Below are positions 57,469 to 64,000 of a DNA stretch of 64,000 nucleotides, in pieces. Position 1 is the stretch's first letter. Each line of letters starts with the position of its first letter. The translations under genes were made by a program, and so were the position numbers. The stretch comes from an uncultured Gammaproteobacteria bacterium (GTDB lineage: Bacteria; Patescibacteriota; Microgenomatia; Daviesbacterales; UBA10151). The notes under the pieces were generated by a model. That model searched no databases and was not told the DNA's origin. It saw only the letters and a program-made list of their open reading frames with translations. Where the stretch lies: the NCBI GenBank assembly GCA_964547465.1, contig CAZJNI010000001.1, positions 24,205-88,204 on the forward strand, given 5' to 3'.

Positions 57469-58026
57469 ATGACTCAAGAAAGAATAATTACAGAAATAGA
57501 TGGTCCCAAACTACCTTTTAAATTGATAGGACACTTTAATTCTTCGGCTAAAGATTTTTACCCTGACAGAGTTATTCCAATAGGGATCATTAGAAGAGGA
57601 CTTTATGCAGTATATGGTTCTCCTTTGAAAGGAAAACTTGAGCTTTACCCTTTTATTGAAGATGATGGTGTAGTAAATCATGGAAAAGAGCTTACAAAGC
57701 GTCTTTTAGATTATGACTATAGAGTACATAGTTTATGGGCGCATACTGCCGAAGATGTAGTGTTTTATGAGGCAAAGAAATCAGATGTTTTTTACAGGCA
57801 ATTACTACAAGATCCGCAATTTTCATCTGAAAACCCAGTTTTAAGATTAGCATTAGCTGAGAGAGTAGGAGAAGAGGAATATAAAAAAGAAATGATAGTT
57901 TGTTTGGCTATTTTTGCTCGTGACAGTGAACCTGTTACTAATCATTGGTATAGCCAAAGAAGAAAACAGCTACAGGAAGAGGGCAGTTTTAATCTTCCTG
58001 AAAGATGGCAGGACTTATTAAGCTAA
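57469..58026 (+). CDS. Hypothetical protein
   Basis: ORF with the identical Shine-Dalgarno context. Confidence 0.4.
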   Translation: MTQERIITEIDGPKLPFKLIGHFNSSAKDFYPDRVIPIGIIRRGLYAVYGSPLKGKLELYPFIEDDGVVNHGKELTKRLLDYDYRVHSLWAHTAEDVVFYEAKKSDVFYRQLLQDPQFSSENPVLRLALAERVGEEEYKKEMIVCLAIFARDSEPVTNHWYSQRRKQLQEEGSFNLPERWQDLLS

Positions 58027-58062
58027 TTTAACTTCTGCCAAAGTAATGTGGGAGTGGAAGCT

Positions 58063-58311
58063 TTATTGATAATGATCATTTATATCAAGTATTTCAATTT
58101 CTCCAACCTCTGTGATGTTAAATATGGCCCTGTACTTTCTATCAATTCTAAATGAATACAGATTAAAATCTTTTGGTTCTAATTTCTCTATATTCAGTGA
58201 AGGATAGTTAAAATTTTCTTCTAATAATTGGATCTGCTTGTTGAGCTTTTCAGTGAGAGCACGATTAGTAATATATTTAACCAGCCTGGCTTTAAGAGGT
58301 TTTACCTTCAT
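58063..58311 (-). CDS. RelE/ParE-family toxin
   Basis: YSFRIDRKYRAIFNI..EIEILDI C-terminal pattern. Confidence 0.55.
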   Translation of the reverse strand: MKVKPLKARLVKYITNRALTEKLNKQIQLLEENFNYPSLNIEKLEPKDFNLYSFRIDRKYRAIFNITEVGEIEILDINDHYQ

Positions 58312-58585
58312 AGAAAGAAGAGTCTTTTAATCCTTTGATAACGCTTTTAATAAATTTTTGATTATATTTCCCGGTTTGAGATAAACCCTGCTCTATTTCC
58401 TCTAAAGGTCTTGATACAAATGGCTCAAGTTTTAGTTCCTCTTGAGTAAAATATTTGCGGAGTAGGTTTCTAATGAATTCAGAACGTGTAGCAAAGCCCA
58501 TTTTGCGGGTTTCTGTATCTATTTTTTTAGCAATTTGTTGTGGAAGAGAAATAGTTATCGTGCTCATACTATTAAATTTTAACAA
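58292..58585 (-). CDS. Ribbon-helix-helix antitoxin
   Basis: TITISLPQQIAKKIDTETRKMGFATRSEFIRNLL. Confidence 0.5.
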   Translation of the reverse strand: MLKFNSMSTITISLPQQIAKKIDTETRKMGFATRSEFIRNLLRKYFTQEELKLEPFVSRPLEEIEQGLSQTGKYNQKFIKSVIKGLKDSSFYEGKTS

Positions 58586-58591
58586 ATTTGC

Positions 58592-59158
58592 TTAATTCTT
58601 GTCAAGTTTTATTTCTGCCAGGGTATTGTGTTTATGGAAGCCTTCGTTGGGCACGGATTCAAAGAGTTTAATGGAGGAAATTTGAATTGGGGTTAAATCT
58701 TCTGTCATGATTTTTTCCAAATTTGCTTCTAAGCTCCTATCAACTGAAAATTCCTTGTTAAATTTGGCAATGGAAATATGGGGGACAAACCTGCGCTCAT
58801 CAACCGGCAGGTGCAAAGAAGCCAGACCGTCTTTGATATATTCCCTGATCAGCAAAACTTTATCAATATCTCCCTTCACTCCTACCCATAAAATATTTGG
58901 ATGATGGATATTGGGAGATCCATCTATATAGGCCGGGGTTACCTCAAAACTTGCAACTCCCGAAATTGCTGCCTGAATAATCTGGGTCAGTTTATCTTTA
59001 AGTTCATCCGGTTGTTCACCTAAAAAGGCTAAAGTCAGGTGAATTTTATCTAAATCAGTTAATCTGGCTTGAGGAATTAATGTATGCAATTTGGCCTGTA
59101 TAGCCTGAAAGGAAGGGATATTCTCACTCGGTATTTCTAATGCTATGAAAAACCTCAT
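58592..59158 (-). CDS. thpR: RNA 2',3'-cyclic phosphodiesterase (2H family)
   Basis: Two H-x-T/S-x motifs (HLTLAF, HISIAK). Confidence 0.8.
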   Translation of the reverse strand: MRFFIALEIPSENIPSFQAIQAKLHTLIPQARLTDLDKIHLTLAFLGEQPDELKDKLTQIIQAAISGVASFEVTPAYIDGSPNIHHPNILWVGVKGDIDKVLLIREYIKDGLASLHLPVDERRFVPHISIAKFNKEFSVDRSLEANLEKIMTEDLTPIQISSIKLFESVPNEGFHKHNTLAEIKLDKN

Positions 59159-59162
59159 AAAT

Positions 59163-60947
59163 CTAAGCAGCTACCAAAGCTTGTTTCATTAAAGGTTGAT
59201 AGAATCTAGCATTATATTCACTCGTCATTCTAGATGCACTGAAGTGAGTTATTATGTATGCCATTGAGCGCATAGCTTCTCTCATCCAAGTTTCTCCTAA
59301 GGGTGCTCCGTCATTTGTATAAAATTCTTGAATCATTCTTCCCTGCATAAGCTGGTATATTCTATCTGCTACAACTTTAGGATCTCTGTCGTCTTCTATT
59401 TTAAGGAACAGATCTATGGGAACTTCATTCATCCAGCCATCATCTACCGAAAGTTGACGTCCACCATTCATCCCACTTTTCATTCCACTTGTACCAGAGG
59501 CCTCTTTTCCTTTCTCAGGCACATTTAGCCAAGCATCAGAGCCCACAACTAAATATTTGGCAATCCTACTATCATAATCAGGGATAAAAAGGGTATTTTT
59601 TCTAAATTTTGTATCTTTAGTCCAATTAACTAATCTTTGGATCATTTCTTTTCCCTGTGTATCCTGAGGATGAGCCTTAGCAGCTAAAACAATTTGGATA
59701 GGATGTTCAGAGTCAGTTAAGATAGAATGAAGTTTATCTGGATCATGAAATGGCAAGTCTAATCTTTTATAAGTAGTAGCCCTTCTAGCATAACCTATCA
59801 GTAGAGTATCAGGATCCAAAAGGGGTTTTTCTAAATAAGAATTTACAAAATCATCTGCTTCTCTACGCTTTTTATTTCGTAAGTCTCTTAGCTCTTGTGG
59901 ATCTACTTGCTCCATTCTCCAGCGCATATAATCAGGATCAGTGTGTTTTTTAACAAACCTTTCCTGATCAGAATCAATTAAGGCTTTTATTTCATCATCC
60001 ATCCAGCTATGATGGACCCCGTTTGTTACATAATCAACTTTATTTCTGTTCCATTGAACTGCTAAGACTTCTGAATGAAGTCTACTAACTCCTGTAGCGT
60101 ATCTTGATGTAGAGAGGGCAAAATTTGACTGAGACCAACTACCAGCAGGTTGATTATCCAAATGGTTTGCCCGATCTCTTAAGGTAGTAAAACCCGCTGG
60201 TCCTAATAAAGATATGTGTGAAGAAAACTCTCTTTCCAAAACTTCTCCTGGGAAAATATCGTTACCCGCAGGAACTGGGGTATGATTGGTATATAATTGA
60301 TTTTCTTCTACCTGTATTAATGCTTCATCAGCAGATAATCCTTTTTCAACCAGCTCTTCAACTCTGGCTATGGTTAAGAAAGCAGAATGTCCTTCATTCA
60401 TATGATCAACTGCTACTTTGAGGCCTAACTTATCCAGCATTTTCTTACCACCTATTCCTAAAATCATTTCTTGTCTGACTCTGGTTTGTTTATCATTTTC
60501 ATCAACCCCTCCATATAAATGAGCAGTAATCATTTTGTCCTCCTCGGTATTCCCTTCAACATCGGTGGTCAATAGTACTATAGGAAGATTGTCCAACGTG
60601 TAGGCTCCTGCTTTTACCTCTCTTTCCTCAATAGGCACTGTAATAGTAACTGGGAGGCCTTCTTTATCAACTAAAGTTTTAAGATTAGCAGCTTTGGGAT
60701 CCACCAGAGGGTATTCTTCTACCTGCCAGCCATCTTCTCTAAATCTTTGTCTAAAATAGCCATGATGGTAAAATATTCCTACTCCTACAACTGGAAGATC
60801 TAGATCAGTAGCTGCTTTAAGGTTATCTCCTGCTAAAACTCCTAAACCTCCTGAATATATAGGTAAATCGGGATTTATACAAAACTCCATTGAGAAATAG
60901 GCAACTGAGGGAGTAGAAGTTCCTGCAAGTTTTTCTATTACAGACAT
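59163..60947 (-). CDS. glgP: Alpha-glucan phosphorylase (GT35)
   Basis: FSMEFCINPDLPIYSGGLGVLAGD N-terminal signature. Confidence 0.85.
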   Translation of the reverse strand: MSVIEKLAGTSTPSVAYFSMEFCINPDLPIYSGGLGVLAGDNLKAATDLDLPVVGVGIFYHHGYFRQRFREDGWQVEEYPLVDPKAANLKTLVDKEGLPVTITVPIEEREVKAGAYTLDNLPIVLLTTDVEGNTEEDKMITAHLYGGVDENDKQTRVRQEMILGIGGKKMLDKLGLKVAVDHMNEGHSAFLTIARVEELVEKGLSADEALIQVEENQLYTNHTPVPAGNDIFPGEVLEREFSSHISLLGPAGFTTLRDRANHLDNQPAGSWSQSNFALSTSRYATGVSRLHSEVLAVQWNRNKVDYVTNGVHHSWMDDEIKALIDSDQERFVKKHTDPDYMRWRMEQVDPQELRDLRNKKRREADDFVNSYLEKPLLDPDTLLIGYARRATTYKRLDLPFHDPDKLHSILTDSEHPIQIVLAAKAHPQDTQGKEMIQRLVNWTKDTKFRKNTLFIPDYDSRIAKYLVVGSDAWLNVPEKGKEASGTSGMKSGMNGGRQLSVDDGWMNEVPIDLFLKIEDDRDPKVVADRIYQLMQGRMIQEFYTNDGAPLGETWMREAMRSMAYIITHFSASRMTSEYNARFYQPLMKQALVAA

Positions 60948-61016
60948 ATCAGACGGCTCTTTCAGTATGCCTATAAGTTGTTTTGAATGTCAAGTTACCT
61001 GCCTGCTGGTAGCAGG

Positions 61017-61044
61017 TTGACAAAAATAAGCTTCCTGTTATATA
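61017..61044 (+). promoter_or_regulatory. sigma70-like promoter preceding the candidate ncRNA
   Basis: TTGACA (61017-61022), 16 nt spacer, TATATA (61039-61044); a CCTGCT..AGCAGG palindrome sits just upstream. Confidence 0.45.
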
Positions 61045-61049
61045 GTAGT

Positions 61050-61238
61050 TTTACAATTAAATATTAATCAAGAGTGATGGGGAGACCCATGAAGTAGAAA
61101 TAAATTTCACTTCAGGGCGCGGGATTTGGCCCGATGATCCATCCAGCAACCGACCTGAAAGCACGGTGCTACACCCAAGCCCGCAAGGGAGGATTAGGCT
61201 TTTAGCAAAAATTAACCTCTCTTAGGAGAGGTTTTTTA
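61050..61238 (+). ncRNA. Candidate structured ncRNA or riboswitch-like leader of about 190 nt; family not identified
   Basis: Bounded by a promoter and an intrinsic terminator. GC-rich helices in an AT-rich context (CGGGATTTGGCCCG, CCCGCAAGGG with a GNRA loop). No ORF. Confidence 0.35.
61213..61238 (+). terminator. Rho-independent terminator
   Basis: AACCTCTC-TTA-GGAGAGGTT followed by TTTTT. Confidence 0.6.
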
Positions 61239-61248
61239 ATGGAAACTT

Positions 61249-61470
61249 ATGGCTGAATTTGAAATAAAATTGAAACATGGAATTAAGACAGCGGATCAAG
61301 CAATGGCTAGATTTAAAAGAGTCCGCAGGATAATTGGTGTAAAGAGCAGTCACGGTGAACCTGTTGATGAACTTGTGCCAGAGATAAAGGAATTAGATGA
61401 TTTTTTATCAGCCAATCAACCTGGTTGGAAATCGTATTTAATCAGACTAATTAGAGGAGAAAGGAGGTAA
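61249..61470 (+). CDS. Hypothetical small protein
   Basis: ORF only. Confidence 0.3.
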   Translation: MAEFEIKLKHGIKTADQAMARFKRVRRIIGVKSSHGEPVDELVPEIKELDDFLSANQPGWKSYLIRLIRGERR

Positions 61471-61605
61471 AAATGGGTAGAGAATGTTTAGAACCAGTTA
61501 TACTACCTGAAGGAAATATTCTACCAGAAAATAAACAGTCCTTAAAGCAGCCGCCTGTAAAAGCGGACTTTGATAGTTTGTATAAAGAGTTAAGCAGAAG
61601 ACCAC

Positions 61606-61986
61606 TTGCAGATAAAGTTTATGGGGAGTGGGAGCTTTAATTTAAAAAACCTTAAGTTTCTTCGTTCCAGGAGGCCAGGTTTTTTCTGGAACACAATATT
61701 GCGATTACTTGACAAGTTGTCAAGAAAATGTGGTATAATATTTTATATGACTCAATTAACTGTAGGAGAGTTCAAAGCTAAATTTTCTGAAGTTATACAA
61801 GCGCTTCTTCAAGGCCAGGAAGTTGTAGTATCTTTCGGCAAAAAAAAGGAAAAAATTGGTGTAATGATCCCTTATCAAAGTTACCAGAAGAAAAAAAAGA
61901 TCAAATTAGGCTTGTTAGAAGGTAAGGCTTCAGTTAAATTTGCTAAGGATTTCAAAATGACAATTAATGAATTTCTTGGCCAATGA
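61606..61986 (+). CDS. Phd/YefM-like antitoxin (likely true start about 61747, MTQLTVGEF...)
   Basis: Immediately upstream of the PIN gene with a 4-nt overlap. Promoter TTGACAAGTTGTCAA palindrome plus TGGTATAAT at 61709-61737. Confidence 0.5.
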   Translation: MQIKFMGSGSFNLKNLKFLRSRRPGFFWNTILRLLDKLSRKCGIIFYMTQLTVGEFKAKFSEVIQALLQGQEVVVSFGKKKEKIGVMIPYQSYQKKKKIKLGLLEGKASVKFAKDFKMTINEFLGQ

Positions 61987-62402
61987 ATTATTTATTAGAT
62001 ACACATACTCTTATATGGAGTATTATTTATCCTGATAAACTTTCACCAAAGATAAGAAAAATTATTAAAAGCAAAGATAATACCTTCTGGGTGAGTGCAA
62101 TAGTATTCTGGGAAATTTCCTTAAAATATGCAATCGGTAAACTTGACCTTAAAGGTACTACCCCGGATGAGCTCTACGAATACTCAAATCGTGCCGGTTT
62201 TATAATTTTAGATTTGTCCTCCGCCACGGCTGCTTCGGTTTACAAACTTACAAGATTGGGAAATAAGCAAAGCTTTTCTACGAATAAAGACCCATTTGAT
62301 TTAATGCTTGCCTGGCAAGCCATAACTGGGGATTACATTTTAGTAACAAATGATTCAGGTTTTGCAGGCTATAAAAATTATGGTCTGAAAACAGTCTGGT
62401 AA
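61983..62402 (+). CDS. vapC: PIN-domain toxin VapC
   Basis: MNYLLDTHTLIW..., LVTNDSGF. Confidence 0.75.
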   Translation: MNYLLDTHTLIWSIIYPDKLSPKIRKIIKSKDNTFWVSAIVFWEISLKYAIGKLDLKGTTPDELYEYSNRAGFIILDLSSATAASVYKLTRLGNKQSFSTNKDPFDLMLAWQAITGDYILVTNDSGFAGYKNYGLKTVW

Positions 62403-62408
62403 GTTATT

Positions 62409-63665
62409 TTAAGTTCCTTCGTTCCAGGAGGATAGGTATTTTTCCTGCTCGGAGGTGAGTTTATCTATTTTTATGCCTAATGATTCTAGCTTAAGAGAAG
62501 CAATCATTTGATCCAATTCTTTGGGGATGGTGTGTACGCCAACTTTTAATTTGCCACGGTTTTGAACTAAATATTCTGCAGCCAAAGCCTGGTTAGCAAA
62601 GCTCATATCCATTACATCAGGGGGGTGGCCTTCTGCTGAAGCCAAATTAATTAATCTACCCTCACCTAAAACAAATAGTTTTTTATTCCCCTCCAGGGTA
62701 ATCTCCTCTAAATTTTCTCTTAAGTGTCTTCTGTTTTTAGCCTCCTTAACCAATCCATCATAGTCAAACTCCACATTAAAATGTCCGGTATTGGCTACAA
62801 TCGCCCCATTTTTTAAATTTTTTAAATCAGAAAGGGAAATAACAGATTTATTACCGGTGGCTGTGCAAATAATATCAGCCAGTTTTACAGCTTGCGAGAT
62901 AGGCATGACTTCAAACCCATCCATGGTTGCCTCCAAAGCCCGGGTAGCATCTACCTCTGTAATAATTACCTGGGCTCCCATGCCTTTAGCCCTGGTGGCC
63001 AGGCCCCTGCCGCACCAGCCATAGCCTACCACCACAAATTTCTTGCCTGCCAAAAGCACATTGGTAGCCCGCAATATTCCATCAATGGTTGACTGGCCGG
63101 TGCCGTATCTATTATCAAACATATGCTTGGTGGCACTATCATTTACTGCCATCACCGGAATCTTAAGAGTCCCGTCTTCTAACATGGCCCTTAGCCTTAT
63201 TACACCGGTGGTGGTTTCCTCAGATGAGCCAATTACTTGCTTTAGTTGAGATTTTCTTTCTGTATGAAGTAATGTTACTAAATCCGCCCCGTCATCCATG
63301 GTAATTTGCGGCTTAAAATCCAAAACTTCATTTAAGTGTTTGTAATAAGTGGTGTTATCCTCACCTTTGATGGCAAAAGTTGAAATACCATAATCTTCAA
63401 CCAGTGATGCAGCTACTTCATCCTGGGTGGATAAAGGATTGGAAGCACATAAAGCTAATTCAGCCCCGCCCTCTTTTAAGGCAATCATTAAATTAGCTGT
63501 TTCAGAGGTAACATGTAAGCAAGCTCCTAAAGTGATACCTTTAAGAGGTTTTTCTTTGGCAAAACGCTCATGGATAAGCTGGAGTACTTTCATTTGTGAC
63601 CCAGCCCACTCAATGCGTAGTTTTCCTTTTGCAGCTAAATTTTTATCTTTAATATCAGATTTCAT
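62409..63665 (-). CDS. ahcY: Adenosylhomocysteinase
   Basis: NAD-binding GYGWCGRG motif; conserved AhcY N-terminus. Confidence 0.9.
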   Translation of the reverse strand: MKSDIKDKNLAAKGKLRIEWAGSQMKVLQLIHERFAKEKPLKGITLGACLHVTSETANLMIALKEGGAELALCASNPLSTQDEVAASLVEDYGISTFAIKGEDNTTYYKHLNEVLDFKPQITMDDGADLVTLLHTERKSQLKQVIGSSEETTTGVIRLRAMLEDGTLKIPVMAVNDSATKHMFDNRYGTGQSTIDGILRATNVLLAGKKFVVVGYGWCGRGLATRAKGMGAQVIITEVDATRALEATMDGFEVMPISQAVKLADIICTATGNKSVISLSDLKNLKNGAIVANTGHFNVEFDYDGLVKEAKNRRHLRENLEEITLEGNKKLFVLGEGRLINLASAEGHPPDVMDMSFANQALAAEYLVQNRGKLKVGVHTIPKELDQMIASLKLESLGIKIDKLTSEQEKYLSSWNEGT

Positions 63666-63677
63666 ATACTCTTTTAC

Positions 63678-63714
63678 GTCATTGCGAGGTCGCCAAAGGC
63701 GACCGTGGCAATCT
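63678..63714. repeat. GTCATTGCGAG element, copy 6, just upstream of the ahcY start
   Basis: GTCATTGCGAGGTCGCCAAAGGCGACCGTGGCAATCT. Confidence 0.85.
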
Positions 63715-63724
63715 ATATTAATAA

Positions 63725-63756
63725 GATTGCTTCGTCGCTACGCTCCTCGCAATGAC
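63725..63756. repeat. GTCATTGCGAG element, copy 7 (inverted), encoding the C-terminus of the kinase
   Basis: Reverse complement CCGTCATTGCGAGGAGCGTAGCGACGAAGCAATC; supplies ...YPSLRGA-stop. Confidence 0.85.
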
Positions 63757-64000
63757 GGGTAGGGTAGCTCCTTATTAAAATTTTCTTTGTATCTTGCTTT
63801 AAACTCCTCCATTGTAAATGTATGAGAAGTTGTACCATATTTTTCTATGGCGTAACAAGATGCAACTGCCCCCATTTGCCCACAAATTTGTAAATCCAAA
63901 CCTTTAAGATATCCTGCTAAAAATCCTGCTCTATAAGCATCCCCAGCTCCTGTGGGATCAATTACCTCATTTAGTTTTGCAGCCCCAATCTGCCACCTTC
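63738..64000 (-). CDS. PfkB-family carbohydrate kinase (C-terminal part; the 5' end lies beyond the window)
   Basis: GAGDAYRAGFLAGYL motif (PfkB signature 2) in manual translation. Confidence 0.65.
   Translation of the reverse strand, partial: RWQIGAAKLNEVIDPTGAGDAYRAGFLAGYLKGLDLQICGQMGAVASCYAIEKYGTTSHTFTMEEFKARYKENFNKELPYPSLRGA

Noticed and set aside
61050-61238. Tried to assign the candidate ncRNA to SRP RNA, 6S, tmRNA, RNase P, ydaO or the fluoride riboswitch.
   Set aside because: It has no GGAAGCAGC SRP domain IV motif on either strand and no tRNA-like 3' end. The 3' half does not fit the fluoride-riboswitch consensus (CTGATGAT..CCTAC). The downstream genes are not crcB-like. Left as unassigned.
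1-64000. Looked for tRNA and rRNA genes (T-loop GGTTCGAATCC-like motifs, rRNA signatures).
   Set aside because: None were seen by eye. tRNAs cannot be excluded without a covariance-model scan.

Overview
This is a low-GC bacterial chromosomal window that contains the replication origin. On the minus strand, dnaA (29126-30484) and dnaN (27307-28449) sit beside clustered TTATCCACA DnaA boxes and an AT-rich stretch. Divergently on the plus strand lies the classic rpmH-rnpA-yidD-yidC-jag cluster (31935-33986). Other housekeeping genes are valS, tsaD, ahcY, glgP, thpR, rplY, rnhA and envelope polysaccharide genes.

The accessory content is the interesting part:

1. A roughly 24 kb type IV secretion (T4SS)-like locus spans 3272-27292. 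It has a tandem array of six paralogous genes whose C-termini resemble TrbC/VirB2 pilins, and several of these carry large, different N-terminal ectodomains. It also has a Fic AMPylase gene, a polytopic VirB6/TrbL-like protein, a VirB4 ATPase that appears split into two ORFs, and membrane proteins with HExxH and Ig-like domains. I saw no coupling protein, relaxase or VirB11 in the window.

2. An array of four PIN-toxin/antitoxin cassettes plus an AAA-ATPase cassette (14520-19190) is inserted inside the T4SS locus. All cassettes point the same way, and each ends in one of two related ~40-60 nt boundary repeats.

3. A family of ~35-45 nt palindromic elements (GTCATTGCGAG...GCAATCT) is inserted in frame into the essential genes tsaD (three copies) and valS (two copies), and at the ahcY/PfkB-kinase junction. 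This resembles Rickettsia palindromic elements.

4. Tandem heptanucleotide repeats of 3-6 units are pervasive. They encode signal peptides, sit immediately upstream of start codons (dnaN and the 1397-aa gene), and form inverted blocks of GTAG or CTCAAA units in intergenic regions.

5. A ~190 nt transcription unit at 61017-61238 has a promoter and an intrinsic terminator, so it is a candidate structured ncRNA or riboswitch-like leader. I could not assign it to a known family.

The window also holds additional toxin-antitoxin pairs (RelE/RHH, PIN/Phd, DUF433/DUF5615, AbiEii), a Cas4-like nuclease, a Tat-secreted HExxH protein and a large secreted lipase. The organism looks like a small-genome, monoderm-like, low-GC bacterium, possibly Patescibacteria/CPR-like; that is inference only.

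All functional calls rest on motif recognition by eye in the provided translations. No database searches were run.
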